The notes: generated from the letters alone by a model not told the origin. A DNA stretch of 64,000 bases from Anaerolineae bacterium (GCA_963675785.1 OY776562.1:2592001-2656000); one strand, 5' to 3'. Positions 49,201 to 59,967 are shown, counted from the stretch's first letter. Numbers and translations are program-made.

Positions 49201-50922
49201 ATGACGCATACTGATTTCGTATTCCGAATCGGAGGCGAGGCGGGCCAGGGCGTGGAATCCAGTGGTGCAGGATTCGCTACTGCATTTACACGCGCCGGAT
49301 TACACGTCGTTGCCGTCCCCGATTACTATTCCCGAATCCGCGGCGGGCACAACTTTTTTTCGATCCGTGTCAGCCCAGAACCTATCTATGGCCTCATCGA
49401 ACGCGTAGATATTCTCATTGCCCTCACCGATGAGACAATCGAAAGACATCTGGAGGCGATGGCCGAGGGTGGCATCATCATCTTGGATGACCAATCCCAA
49501 GTGAGTGGTGAGAGCATCCCCGCCAGTGTGACCCTGCTCAGGGCACCGCTCAATGAGATCGCTGAAAAACACGGCGCCGCCGTCATGGCCAATACAGCAG
49601 CAGTGGCGGTCGCTGCAGGCTTGGTCGATTTCGACCTCGACTACCTCAAGGGCGTCGTTCGCGATAACTTTGGCAGCAAGGGAGAGGCTATAGTTGACGC
49701 CAACCTTGCCGTCCTTACCGATGCCTATCAGTGGGTAAAAGAACAGGCCTCCTTTGGGCGCACGCTCAAACCACAGGAATCGCCCAAGCGCATTGCCTGC
49801 AACGGCAATGAAGCCTTTGCCATGGGGGCACTTACCGCCGGCTGCAAGTTTGTGGCTGCCTACCCCATGACACCAGCCACCAGTGTGTTCGAATATATGT
49901 GCAAACATGCCGCCAAGTGGGGCATTGCCACAAAACACGCCGAAAGCGAAATTGCAGCCATTAACATGTGCATTGGCGCGGCTCACGCCGGCGCTCGCGC
50001 TATGGCTCCCACATCCGGCGGCGGGTTTGACCTGATGACCGAGGGATTGAGCCTGGCTGGCATGACTGAGACGCCCTTGGTGATCTACTTGGCCCAGCGC
50101 CCTGGCCCAGCCACAGGTTTGGCCACACGCACCGCTCAAACAGATCTCAACCTGGCCATGTATGCCGGACACGGCGAATTTCCTCGAGTCATTATGGCTC
50201 CGGGTACGCCCGAACAGGCCTTTGACTGCGCTCATCGCGCTTTCAACATTGCTGAAAAGTACCAGTGTCAGGTCATCGTCCTCTCGGACCAGTATCTGGC
50301 CAGTAGTATCTTTTCGCAGGATCGTTCGGCGTTTAACGTCACCTCGCCCATCATCGACCGCGGCAAGCTGCTTTCGGCGGAAGAAGTTGAAGCGACGGAT
50401 GAGTACAAGCGTTACGCTTTGACTGAAGATGGCGTATCACCCCGTGCACTACCAGGTTCCAGTCCAAAGACTGTTTATCTGGCCACAGGCAACGAACACC
50501 GCGAGGATGGGCATATCACCGAGGATGCCAGCTTGGCCGAAGCAATGACCTTGAAACGCAACAAAAAGCTGGAAGGAATCGCCACCGAGATGCAGGCGCC
50601 TACGCTGTATGGCGATCCTGATGCCGAGTTAACGCTTGTAGGCTGGGGTTCGACCTGCGGCGCCCTTGTCGAAGTCGTCGATATACTCAACGCAAAAGGC
50701 AAAGCAACCCGTCTGGTGCACTTTTGCGATATATGGCCCTTTCCCGCAAATGCACGAAAGATTTTGGGCGATAAAGCCGTCATTGTCGTAGAGCAGAACG
50801 TACACGGGCAATTCGAAACGCTGCTCAAACAGGCAACAGGTATCACTGTCAAAGGTCATATTCATCGTGTTGACGGCCGGCCCTTTACAGTCGAGTACAT
50901 TCTGCGGGAACTGGAGGCATAA
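49201..50922 (+). CDS. 2-oxoacid:ferredoxin oxidoreductase alpha subunit (gamma-alpha fusion)
   Basis: IGGEAGQG, SRIRGGHN, AYPMTPAT, ESEIAA, QRPGPATG. Confidence 0.94.
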   Translation: MTHTDFVFRIGGEAGQGVESSGAGFATAFTRAGLHVVAVPDYYSRIRGGHNFFSIRVSPEPIYGLIERVDILIALTDETIERHLEAMAEGGIIILDDQSQVSGESIPASVTLLRAPLNEIAEKHGAAVMANTAAVAVAAGLVDFDLDYLKGVVRDNFGSKGEAIVDANLAVLTDAYQWVKEQASFGRTLKPQESPKRIACNGNEAFAMGALTAGCKFVAAYPMTPATSVFEYMCKHAAKWGIATKHAESEIAAINMCIGAAHAGARAMAPTSGGGFDLMTEGLSLAGMTETPLVIYLAQRPGPATGLATRTAQTDLNLAMYAGHGEFPRVIMAPGTPEQAFDCAHRAFNIAEKYQCQVIVLSDQYLASSIFSQDRSAFNVTSPIIDRGKLLSAEEVEATDEYKRYALTEDGVSPRALPGSSPKTVYLATGNEHREDGHITEDASLAEAMTLKRNKKLEGIATEMQAPTLYGDPDAELTLVGWGSTCGALVEVVDILNAKGKATRLVHFCDIWPFPANARKILGDKAVIVVEQNVHGQFETLLKQATGITVKGHIHRVDGRPFTVEYILRELEA

Positions 50923-50924
50923 TC

Positions 50925-51797
50925 ATGGCAACGGCAAAGGATTTCTCCAACGACATTCGGCCGACCTGGTGCCCCGGTTGTGGTGACTATGGCATTTGGA
51001 ACGCCCTAAAGCGCGCCCTGCCCGAAGCTGGCTTGGAGCCCCACACTGTGATGATGGTGACAGGCATTGGCTGCGGCAGCAAAATGAACGACTATTTGCA
51101 CATCAATGGCTTGCACACCCTGCATGGACGGGCTCTACCCGTAGCAACCGGCTACAAACTGGCTCACCACGACATGACCGTAGTATGCGTGCATGGCGAT
51201 GGTGACGGTTATGGCATGGGCGGCAATCACTTTCTCCATGCCGTACGCCGCAATATCGGCCTGGTGGATATTGTGGAAAACAACCACGTCTACGGCCTTA
51301 CCAAAGGCCAGTATTCACCCACCAGCCGACCAGGCTTTGTTACCAAAACATCGCCAGAGGGCACAATTGATCGGCCCGAAAACTCGTTGGCCCTGGCTCT
51401 CTCGCAAGGGGCAACCTTTGTAGCGCGCACTTTTACCCTCGATCTCAAGCACATGATCGCGGTAATGGTAGCGGCAATGAATCACCGCGGCTATGCCTTG
51501 GTGGATGTGATGCAGCCTTGTGTGAGTTTCAACCGCGGTATGGACTATGATTGGTACAAAGACCGCGTTTACAAGGTCGATGAAGAAGGTCATGATCCCA
51601 AGGATCGCATGATGGCTATGGCACGTGCCTGGGAGTTTCCTGGTGAGGGAAGAATCCCCATTGGTATTCTCTATCAAACTGAAGACATTCCGACGTATGA
51701 AGAGCAGGTTCCAGCTCTAGAGCGCGGCCCTCTTTGGCAGCAGCCGCTGAGGGAAGATCCGGCCAAGTACAAAGCCCTGCTCGACGAACTATCCTAA
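50925..51797 (+). CDS. 2-oxoacid:ferredoxin oxidoreductase beta subunit
   Basis: WCPGCGD, GIGC, LHGR, GDGD TPP motif, YGLTKGQ.SPT. Confidence 0.95.
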   Translation: MATAKDFSNDIRPTWCPGCGDYGIWNALKRALPEAGLEPHTVMMVTGIGCGSKMNDYLHINGLHTLHGRALPVATGYKLAHHDMTVVCVHGDGDGYGMGGNHFLHAVRRNIGLVDIVENNHVYGLTKGQYSPTSRPGFVTKTSPEGTIDRPENSLALALSQGATFVARTFTLDLKHMIAVMVAAMNHRGYALVDVMQPCVSFNRGMDYDWYKDRVYKVDEEGHDPKDRMMAMARAWEFPGEGRIPIGILYQTEDIPTYEEQVPALERGPLWQQPLREDPAKYKALLDELS

Positions 51798-51810
51798 GGG
51801 AGTAAACACC

Positions 51811-52323
51811 ATGACGGTGACTGTCTATTCAACCCCGACCTGCCCGTATTGCGTGCAGGTCAAGCGATATCTGGAACAAAAGGGCATCACGTATAACGAC
51901 ATTGACGTATCGCGCGACTCGACGGCGGCCGCAGAAATGGTGCGCATCTCGGGTCAGCGCGGAGTTCCTGTGACAGTGATCGATGAACACTTTGTTGTGG
52001 GATTCGATCCTTCCCAACTGGACCAACTGCTTTCCAGCGCCAGACGTCCTCGCCTTGGGGCTGCCATCGCCGACGCTGAAACGATGGCCCAACAGGGCAA
52101 ATGCGTCGAAACAGTGGGCGCCTATGTGGGCGCTGTCCGCCCAGAATCTGTTGCCGGACGCGCCAGCATAAAACCGGGCGATGTCATCATCTCCATAGCT
52201 GGGCAACCCATAAGGCATGCCAGCGATATAGAAAGGCTGCTACCAAGGATACACCCCGACCAGCGCGTGCCGCTTATCCTCATTCGGGGAGACCAGCAGC
52301 AAGAAGTGTACCTCCGTTTCTAG
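51811..52323 (+). CDS. Glutaredoxin (CPYC) - PDZ fusion protein
   Basis: YSTPTCPYC, SGQRGVPV, VGFD; then RLGA..GAYVGAV.P.SVA.RA.I.PGDVI.SI.G. Confidence 0.88.
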   Translation: MTVTVYSTPTCPYCVQVKRYLEQKGITYNDIDVSRDSTAAAEMVRISGQRGVPVTVIDEHFVVGFDPSQLDQLLSSARRPRLGAAIADAETMAQQGKCVETVGAYVGAVRPESVAGRASIKPGDVIISIAGQPIRHASDIERLLPRIHPDQRVPLILIRGDQQQEVYLRF

Positions 52324-52343
52324 CACCCAAAGGGGGGAAAACA

Positions 52344-52835
52344 ATGGCAGAGATCAGCACAGATTGTTGGGCACTCAACCAAGCACTGGAACTGGAACAA
52401 GAGGGCTATGACTTTTATCAGCGAATGGCAGGCAGCGTAACGGACGCCGCCTGTAAAGACACTTTTGCTTCACTCGCTGACGACGAAAGACACCATGCCG
52501 ATCTGATCACGCAGCAAATCAACCAGATTGAGACCTGTGGCATTTTCGTACGCCTGCCTGGCGTAGAGCCCGTCGATATCGACATCGATGTTCGCCTTTA
52601 CGCTCCGAGCATGGACACCAACAAGGATTTGGGGGAAAAGGCTACGGAAATCCAGGCCATGCACATCGCCCTGGATACTGAAATTCGCACTTATAACATG
52701 TACCGACATGCTGCGGCAAATACCGAGGACAAGGCAGGCCAGGAGATGTACCGTTGGCTGGCCGCAGCGGAACTGACGCATTTCAATTTGCTCATGGCCA
52801 ACTACCAAGCAATGACTGGCCTGGGCTATATCTAG
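52344..52835 (+). CDS. Rubrerythrin-like ferritin-family protein
   Basis: ALELEQEGYDFY, DERHH, ALDTE...Y, AELTH. Confidence 0.85.
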   Translation: MAEISTDCWALNQALELEQEGYDFYQRMAGSVTDAACKDTFASLADDERHHADLITQQINQIETCGIFVRLPGVEPVDIDIDVRLYAPSMDTNKDLGEKATEIQAMHIALDTEIRTYNMYRHAAANTEDKAGQEMYRWLAAAELTHFNLLMANYQAMTGLGYI

Positions 52836-52855
52836 TATCGAAAGGAACTGCCTTC

Positions 52856-53383
52856 ATGGATAAGCAAGCTGCTTTGGATGTCATCAAGAGGGGCATGTCC
52901 ACCGAGATCTGGGGGCTGCGCTTTTACGAACAGGCCGTTGCCCGCACCAAAGATGAGATGGGTAAGCAGGTCTTCCAGTCGCTCTTGAATGACGAAGAAG
53001 AACACCTAACCATTCTGCGTGGCGAATATGCCTCAATAGAATGCAATAGTTGCTGGATCAGCCGTGACCAAGCCGTCAAAATGGCTGAACAGGTTGAACC
53101 CACCGATATCTTCCCGGATGCCAAGAGCGCCGAACAGCTCATCCCCGAGGGTGCCTCTGACGAGGATGCGCTCAAGATGGCCCTTGATTTTGAAAGGCGC
53201 GGCTATGACATGTATGCCGAGCAGGCAGACAAGGCTACTTCAGCAGATGCCAAAAAGATGTGGGGCTACCTTGCCAAAGCAGAAAACGCTCACTATGCCT
53301 ATCTCGACAAGAGCCTTGATTTTCTTGCCTCAAATGGTGTTTGGTATTTCGACGAGAATGAACTGCCCTTCTTTGAAGGCTGA
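52856..53383 (+). CDS. Rubrerythrin-like ferritin-family protein
   Basis: STEIWG..FY, DEEEH, ALDFERRGY..Y, AENAH; C-terminal WYF..ELPFFEG. Confidence 0.87.
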   Translation: MDKQAALDVIKRGMSTEIWGLRFYEQAVARTKDEMGKQVFQSLLNDEEEHLTILRGEYASIECNSCWISRDQAVKMAEQVEPTDIFPDAKSAEQLIPEGASDEDALKMALDFERRGYDMYAEQADKATSADAKKMWGYLAKAENAHYAYLDKSLDFLASNGVWYFDENELPFFEG

Positions 53384-53394
53384 TTCGGCTCAAC

Positions 53395-53426
53395 AAAAAA
53401 GGGGCGGCAAATTGCCGCCCCTTTTT
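53395..53426. terminator. Bidirectional terminator
   Basis: AAAAAAGGGGCGGC-aaatt-GCCGCCCCTTTTT. Confidence 0.88.
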
Positions 53427-53433
53427 ACTTTTG

Positions 53434-54114
53434 TCAGCCCTTGCTGGGAATGTACTGGGCTATCTTGGCGGCGAGATTGGAGAGAGGCATACTCTGCAGC
53501 CAGATCTTGCCCGGGCCTTTGAGCGTAGCCAGAAAGAGGCCTTCGCCCGAGAAAAGCATGTTGGTAACACCCTTGACCGTGGTAATGTCGTAATCCACAG
53601 AAGGCTCGTACATGGCGATATGTCCTGGATCCACACGCATCACTTCGCCAGCAGTCAGGTCATATTCACGTACATCGCCGGCCATCTCGATGAACACAAC
53701 GCCCGGGCCCGTTATCTTTTGCAGAATAAAACCCTCGCCGCCGAAAAAACCAGTGCCAAGACGCTTGCGGAAATGCATCTCAATTTTGACCGAAGTTTCG
53801 GCCGCCATAAATGCATCCTTCTGGGCGATGATGCTCTGGCCTGCGGCAAGCTCCATGGCCATCACAGTGCCCGGCGCCTCTGGCGTAAAGGTTACCACGC
53901 CCTCGGCACTACGGCAGGTGTAGGTGGTCATGAACAATGACTCACCAGCCAACTTGCGACCCAGGCCTGCGAGCAAACCGCCTTGTGTGCCAGTATTCAT
54001 ATCGATATTGCCGCGCATCCAAGCCATGCCACCACGCTCGGTATATATCGCTTCTCCCCCCTCGAGGATCACGTCAACCGAAGGCAATGTTTCTCCATGA
54101 ATTTCATAACGCAT
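53434..54114 (-). CDS. AIM24/TIGR00266 family protein
   Basis: ERGGMAWM, AGESLF, QKDAFMA, FGGEGF, GEGLF..L.GPGKIWLQS. Confidence 0.92.
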   Translation of the reverse strand: MRYEIHGETLPSVDVILEGGEAIYTERGGMAWMRGNIDMNTGTQGGLLAGLGRKLAGESLFMTTYTCRSAEGVVTFTPEAPGTVMAMELAAGQSIIAQKDAFMAAETSVKIEMHFRKRLGTGFFGGEGFILQKITGPGVVFIEMAGDVREYDLTAGEVMRVDPGHIAMYEPSVDYDITTVKGVTNMLFSGEGLFLATLKGPGKIWLQSMPLSNLAAKIAQYIPSKG

Positions 54115-54236
54115 GATCTTCCTCCCCTTTTATGTGGTTAAAAGATAGTAGATTTCACTATCTCTACGCCATAGTAAGTCATTCGGTTCGGCAAAAAAGA
54201 AAGCGAGCCTGTATCAACTACAGAACTCGCCTAGAG

Positions 54237-54309
54237 AGCCACCCTCGAGAGTTGAACTCGAAACCTGACACTTACGAAGCGCCTGCTCTGCCGATTGAGC
54301 TAGGGTGGC
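54237..54309 (-). tRNA. tRNA-Thr(CGT)
   Basis: GCCACCC-TAGCTCAATCGGCAGAGC, anticodon arm GGCGC-TTCGTAA-GTGTC, AGTTCAACT; CCA not encoded. Confidence 0.9.
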
Positions 54310-54520
54310 ATACGAACGCGAGCAGTATATCATTAGCAACTTTTAGCGTCAAATGCATAGACGACCAAGCCTTGGCCATTCAGTGTCGCTTTGGCAGGGT
54401 ACAGGGGCCCAAGCTATAATCCAAAGAACAAATACTGCATCACTTGCGTCCATATCCCGGATAGTATGCCCAAAGGCATCTGGGATTCTCGATACCGCGC
54501 CATAGCCCAGGGGGTTCAGA

Positions 54521-57500
54521 TTGCACAAACAAGGCAGGCGTCAAGACCTGATCATCATCGCACTCTACATTCTATTGCCCATCTTGTTCCTCTGGCCCGT
54601 AACTATTGGCGGCCAGACCATGGTACCTGCCGACAATGTGTTTGTGTGGGAGCCATGGGCTAGCTATGCCGATGAAGCCGGCGTGGATACACCACAAAAC
54701 GATCTCCTCAGCGATCTGTACCTCGAGAACTATGCCTGGAAAGAATTTATCTCTGAATCTGTGCACAACCTCGAACTGCCCCTGTGGAATCCCTATATCT
54801 TTGGCGGTATGCCTTTTCTGGCCGGAGGGCAACATTCGGCCATGTATCCGCTCTCGATCTTGTTTTACGTGATCCCCGTAGCTCATGCCTACGGCTGGTT
54901 TGCGGCACTGCACCTTGCCCTGGCGGGCGCTTTTGTCTATCTGTTCTGTAGAACCTTACGGCTGGAACGCGGCGCCTCGTTCCTCGGCGGCCTAGCCTTT
55001 ATGTTTGGCGGATTCATGGTGATACGCAACGTCTTTCCCATGATCATTGCCGCCGCGGTTTGGCTGCCTTTTGTGCTGGCCATGATCGAGCTGATCATTC
55101 GCAAAGCCGAGGAACAGGAGACACGTACGCTTAGCCTGCTGCCCTATGCCATTCTGGGAGCCATTGGCTATGGCATGGTACTGCTGGCCGGTCACCCCGA
55201 AATGTACTATTACATCGCCTTGGCCTCGGTCACCTACGCTTTGTTCCGGCTGAGCCTGTACATTCATCGACAAAAGGGCAATCCGCGCCGTTGGAAGATC
55301 GGTGCCAAGCTGGGGTTGGTGCTCGTTTGTATGGCTGGCGTGGGCGTCGGCCTGGGCGCCGCCCAGTTACTGCCTCTCTACGAGTTGGTACAAACCAACT
55401 TTCGTTCTGGTTCGGCCAGTTTTCAAGAAGTGCTCAGTTGGGCCTACCCCATCCGGCGTGTCATCTCGCTCTTTATCCCCAACTTTTTCGGCAATCCCTC
55501 TGCCCACAGCTACTATGATCTCTTTACCGGCTCAACCGTCTCGGTAACAGTCAACGCCCTGGGCGAACAGATTGATAGCATCTATTGGGGCATCAAGAAC
55601 TATGTCGAAGGGGCCAGCTATATCGGCATTCTGCCCGCACTACTGGCTCTCATCGGCCTCATTAAAAGCAAAGACAAGAAAAAGTGGTTTTTTGCCGTCT
55701 ATGCGGCGCTCTCACTGCTATTCATGTTCGGCACGCCGCTCTACTATCTGGTTTACAAGCTACCCGGGCTCAATCAGGTGCATTCGCCCTTTAGATGGGT
55801 CTACACCTACAGTCTGTTCATTGCCATCCTTGTGGCCTACGGCGCCCATAGCATTATCACCCGCATTAAAGGAGCCGATGAACCACAAGGCAAACGCTTT
55901 TGGCAGGTGTTGGCAGACAAGATCATCCCCTGGGCAGCCGTCATCGGTGGCGGTGTTGGTATCATCGGCCTGGGCGTCTCCCTTCTATTCAAAGAGCAGG
56001 TAGCCCAGCTCGCCGAAAAGGTCATGTATCAGCTCACGTTTGCCACCAATGCCTTTAGCGATGGCGCCATGTTCTACTCTTACGAGTTCCCCCAGTTCCT
56101 GCTCTTTTTCAGTGCCCTGTTGCTTGGTGGCCTGCTGTTGTTGCTGAGAAAACGCTTCAAACGGCCCTTCGTCTGGGTAGCGCTGGCAGCGACCGTCATT
56201 TGCGGTGAGTTATGGGCCATCGGCATGCCATTTTTCACCCACGTGGACGCCGATCTGGTGGCCTATGAGACTCCAGCCATCGAGTTCCTGCAACAGGATG
56301 ATGACCTTTTCCGCATCACCACCCTCAACAGCGGTGATGAAAAAACGCTCAACGCCAATATGGCCATGATCTATGGCCTGTACGACATACGCGGCTATGA
56401 TTCCATCATTTCCAAGCAATACGTGAACTATATGTCATTACTCAGTCCGCAATTCGAGCTGGACTATAACCGCATCGCGCCGCTCACCACGGATTACCTG
56501 GAAGCACTCGATTCGCCTCTGCTCGATGCGCTCAATGTTAAATATGTGCTCACTGCAGCCGACCGCACCATCGATAATGAGAACTACCAACTGGTATACG
56601 ACGGCGAGATTCGCATTTATGAGAACCTAGATGCCATGCCTCGCGCCTACCTGGTTTCGAATGCAGTCATCGTCAATAACGAAGAAGGGCTGGAAACAGC
56701 CTTGCTGAACCTTGATCCGAAAACCACCGTTGTCCTTGAAGGACAGCCCGATATGGTCATCGAGGCCAGCGAGACGGTGGGCCAGGTTACCCACATCGAT
56801 TACACCGCCAACGAGGTAACCATTACCGTGCACACGGATGCACCGTCCTATTTGGTGCTGGCCGATACCTACTTTGATGGTTGGAAAGCCTACATCCGCG
56901 AAGCAGGATGCACCAATACCGATGATTGTGAAACCGAGCTTGGCATCTATCGGGCCAACGGCAATTTTAGGGCTGTTACGGTGCCCGCCGGCGAATATGT
57001 GATCCGCTTTAAATATTCGCCCATGACTATCAAGATTGGCCTATATGTCACTTTTGTTGCTTTAGTTATCCTTTTATTGGCTTTTTTACTCTGGCTAGGG
57101 CAACGCTATTACCGCAACCCTGAAGATGCTGAGGACGTGACGAGGGTCTCGCGCAACGCCGTGACACCCATGCTGCTGCAACTGCTCAACAAAATCGTCG
57201 ACATGGTTTTTGCCATGCTCATGCTACGCATCCTGGGCCCGACGGAGAACGGCGAATATGCATTGGCCATCGTCATCATCGGCTGGTTCGATATCCTCAC
57301 CAACTTTGGGCTGAACCCCTTGCTCATGCGCGAGATCGCCCGAGATCGTTCCAGTGCCAACAAACTGTTGAGCAACGCCACAGCTCTACGTCTGCTGCTT
57401 TCTGTAGCGTCCGTTCCAGTACTGGGGGCCTTTATCTGGTTGCGGCAGGGCACATCGCCGCTGCCCACGGGCACGATTATGGCTCTCGGGCTCTTTGCCC

Positions 57501-58624
57501 TTGGGATGCTGCCCTCGAACATCGCCTCTGGCTTTGCCGCCGTTTTCCAAGGGTACGAACGCATGGAGATTCCCGCGTTCATTTCCACCGTATCCACCGT
57601 CATCAAGGTGACGCTGGGAGCCATGGTGCTGCTGGCCGGCATGAGCTATGTAGGGCTGGCAGGGGTCTCAATTGCGACCAACATCGCCACAGCGATCATG
57701 TTGGCCGTGCTCATGCGTCGATTGCTTTTCCGTCCACACGCCGAATTCGACTGGTCGATACAAAAATGGATGTTCAAGCAGTCATACCCGCTGATGATCA
57801 ACAACCTGCTGGCCACCCTGTTCTTCAAAGTGGCAGTCGTGCTGTTAGAGTGGATCCTGGCTGATTCGACGGTGGTAGGCTGGTATAACGCCGCCTATAA
57901 ATATGTGGATGCCGTACAGATCGTGCCGGCCTATCTGACCATGGCCGTGTTCCCGGTCATGTCGCGCTATGCGGTAGATGCCAAAGAATCGCTCATCAAA
58001 GCCTACCGCCTGAGCTGCAAAGTGCTGCTCCTGGTGGCCATTCCCGGGGCACTCATTGCCTGGGCCCTGGCCACGCCGCTCATTAGCATCCTGGCAGGCA
58101 GTGAATTCCTGCCAGAATCAGCAAGCATTTTGAGTGTGATGATCTGGTACATGCCCTTTGGTTTTCTCAACTCGGTGACTCAATATGTACTCATCGCTCT
58201 CAACCGTCAGAACTATCTCACGCGGGCTTTTGCCATCGGGCTGACCTTTAACCTCGTCGCCAACCTGATCCTGATCAACCAGTTTGGGTATATGGCCTCG
58301 GCTTGGGTAACCATCGCCTCAGAGATCGTGCTGCTTGTTCCATTTACCATCGGCATCAATCGCTATCTTGAACACATCTCCTGGTTCGAGATGCTCTGGC
58401 GGCACGTTGTAGCCGCTCTGCCGCTCATTACCGCCGTCACACTGCTGGATTCCAGCTATCGCTTTTGGAGCGTGTTGATCGGATTGGTCGTCTACGGCGT
58501 GCTCCTCAAGGTACTCAAGGTCTTTAACACGCAAGAAACCGCCGCTCTGGGACGCGTCATTAATCTAGACAAGCTCCGCAATAAAGGGCGGGGACTGTTG
58601 CATAGAATCTTTGACCACGCCTGA
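54521..58624 (+). CDS. YfhO-family GT-C glycosyltransferase fused to a Wzx/MOP-type flippase
   Basis: PLWNPY..GGMPF, YP, IRGYDS, LNVKYV, PRAYLV, YFDGWKA, FRAV.VPAG; then LRILGP..G.Y..DILTNFGL..LLMREIAR, ERM, VGWYNAAYK. Confidence 0.85.
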   Translation: MHKQGRRQDLIIIALYILLPILFLWPVTIGGQTMVPADNVFVWEPWASYADEAGVDTPQNDLLSDLYLENYAWKEFISESVHNLELPLWNPYIFGGMPFLAGGQHSAMYPLSILFYVIPVAHAYGWFAALHLALAGAFVYLFCRTLRLERGASFLGGLAFMFGGFMVIRNVFPMIIAAAVWLPFVLAMIELIIRKAEEQETRTLSLLPYAILGAIGYGMVLLAGHPEMYYYIALASVTYALFRLSLYIHRQKGNPRRWKIGAKLGLVLVCMAGVGVGLGAAQLLPLYELVQTNFRSGSASFQEVLSWAYPIRRVISLFIPNFFGNPSAHSYYDLFTGSTVSVTVNALGEQIDSIYWGIKNYVEGASYIGILPALLALIGLIKSKDKKKWFFAVYAALSLLFMFGTPLYYLVYKLPGLNQVHSPFRWVYTYSLFIAILVAYGAHSIITRIKGADEPQGKRFWQVLADKIIPWAAVIGGGVGIIGLGVSLLFKEQVAQLAEKVMYQLTFATNAFSDGAMFYSYEFPQFLLFFSALLLGGLLLLLRKRFKRPFVWVALAATVICGELWAIGMPFFTHVDADLVAYETPAIEFLQQDDDLFRITTLNSGDEKTLNANMAMIYGLYDIRGYDSIISKQYVNYMSLLSPQFELDYNRIAPLTTDYLEALDSPLLDALNVKYVLTAADRTIDNENYQLVYDGEIRIYENLDAMPRAYLVSNAVIVNNEEGLETALLNLDPKTTVVLEGQPDMVIEASETVGQVTHIDYTANEVTITVHTDAPSYLVLADTYFDGWKAYIREAGCTNTDDCETELGIYRANGNFRAVTVPAGEYVIRFKYSPMTIKIGLYVTFVALVILLLAFLLWLGQRYYRNPEDAEDVTRVSRNAVTPMLLQLLNKIVDMVFAMLMLRILGPTENGEYALAIVIIGWFDILTNFGLNPLLMREIARDRSSANKLLSNATALRLLLSVASVPVLGAFIWLRQGTSPLPTGTIMALGLFALGMLPSNIASGFAAVFQGYERMEIPAFISTVSTVIKVTLGAMVLLAGMSYVGLAGVSIATNIATAIMLAVLMRRLLFRPHAEFDWSIQKWMFKQSYPLMINNLLATLFFKVAVVLLEWILADSTVVGWYNAAYKYVDAVQIVPAYLTMAVFPVMSRYAVDAKESLIKAYRLSCKVLLLVAIPGALIAWALATPLISILAGSEFLPESASILSVMIWYMPFGFLNSVTQYVLIALNRQNYLTRAFAIGLTFNLVANLILINQFGYMASAWVTIASEIVLLVPFTIGINRYLEHISWFEMLWRHVVAALPLITAVTLLDSSYRFWSVLIGLVVYGVLLKVLKVFNTQETAALGRVINLDKLRNKGRGLLHRIFDHA

Positions 58625-58671
58625 GGCAATGGCTAGAATGTGCCCCAGACTAAATTGCAGGGAGGCAAAAC

Positions 58672-59967
58672 GTGGCTGATCACGTCTATATCCGCGATAT
58701 CGCAGCCTATGATGGCCAGGAAATCACCATCAAAGGTTGGCTTTACAACAAACGCGACAAGGGGCGACTTCAGTTCCTGATTTTGCGCGACGGCACCGGC
58801 TCGATACAAGGTGTGGCTTTTCAAAAGGAGATGAGCGAGGAGGCTTTTGAGGCTGCCTGCGCTGCAACGCAAGAATCCTCTTTGATCGCCACGGGCATGG
58901 TTCGTGCGGACGATCGCGCCCCCGGCGGCTATGAACTCTCGCTCACCAACGTCGAGATCGTTCAGCTCGCCGAGGATTACCCCATCACGCCCAAAGAGCA
59001 TGGCGTGGATTTTTTGATGGATAACCGTCACCTCTGGCTGCGCTCGTCGCAACAGTGGGCTGTTTTACGCATCCGCGCCACGGTGGTCAAGGCCATTCGC
59101 GACTATTTGGACGATCATGGCTTTACGCTGGTTGATGCTCCTGTGCTGACACCCAGCGCCTGCGAAGGCACCACCACCTTGTTCGAAACCGAGTATTTTG
59201 GCGAAAAAGCTTACCTGACCCAGTCGGGCCAGCTTTACAACGAGGCAACCATTGGCGCATTCGGCAAGACCTATTGCTTTGGCCCGGCCTTTCGCGCCGA
59301 AAAGAGCAAGACGCGCCGCCACCTCATCGAGTTTTGGATGGTCGAGCCAGAGATGGCTTATGCCGACCTCGACGAGTGCATGCGCGTAGAAGAAGCGTTT
59401 GTTTCCTACATCGTGCAGCAGGTTTTGGCCAAGAACGGCCCAGAGCTCGACATCCTGGAGCGCGACAAGTCTGTGCTCGAAGGCATCGTCGCTCCCTTCC
59501 CGCGCATTACCTACACCGAGGCGCTCAAGATCGTGGAAGAAGCCGGTCTGGAACTCCCCTGGGGCGAAGATTTTGGTGCTCCGCACGAGACGGCCATCTC
59601 GGACCACTTTGGCCGGCCGGTGTTCGTGCACCGTTACCCCACACGCTGCAAGGCCTTTTATATGAAGCCAGACCCCGAGGATCCCGAACTTTCTCTCTCG
59701 GTGGACCTATTAGCCCCTGAAGGCTATGGCGAGATCATCGGTGGCGGGCAACGCATTGCCGACTTGGACTTGCTAGAGAAACGTATCGAGGAACATAACC
59801 TGCCCAAAGAAGCCTTTGCATGGTATTTGGATCTACGACGTTACGGTTCAGTGCCTCATTCGGGGTTTGGTTTGGGTGTAGAACGCACGGTTTCTTGGAT
59901 TTGCGGCATTCATCACATCCGCGAGACCATTCCCTTCCCCCGTACATTGGGACGTATCTATCCCTAA
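58672..59967 (+). CDS. asnS: Asparagine--tRNA ligase
   Basis: [50 protein letters not shown]. Confidence 0.96.
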   Translation: MADHVYIRDIAAYDGQEITIKGWLYNKRDKGRLQFLILRDGTGSIQGVAFQKEMSEEAFEAACAATQESSLIATGMVRADDRAPGGYELSLTNVEIVQLAEDYPITPKEHGVDFLMDNRHLWLRSSQQWAVLRIRATVVKAIRDYLDDHGFTLVDAPVLTPSACEGTTTLFETEYFGEKAYLTQSGQLYNEATIGAFGKTYCFGPAFRAEKSKTRRHLIEFWMVEPEMAYADLDECMRVEEAFVSYIVQQVLAKNGPELDILERDKSVLEGIVAPFPRITYTEALKIVEEAGLELPWGEDFGAPHETAISDHFGRPVFVHRYPTRCKAFYMKPDPEDPELSLSVDLLAPEGYGEIIGGGQRIADLDLLEKRIEEHNLPKEAFAWYLDLRRYGSVPHSGFGLGVERTVSWICGIHHIRETIPFPRTLGRIYP

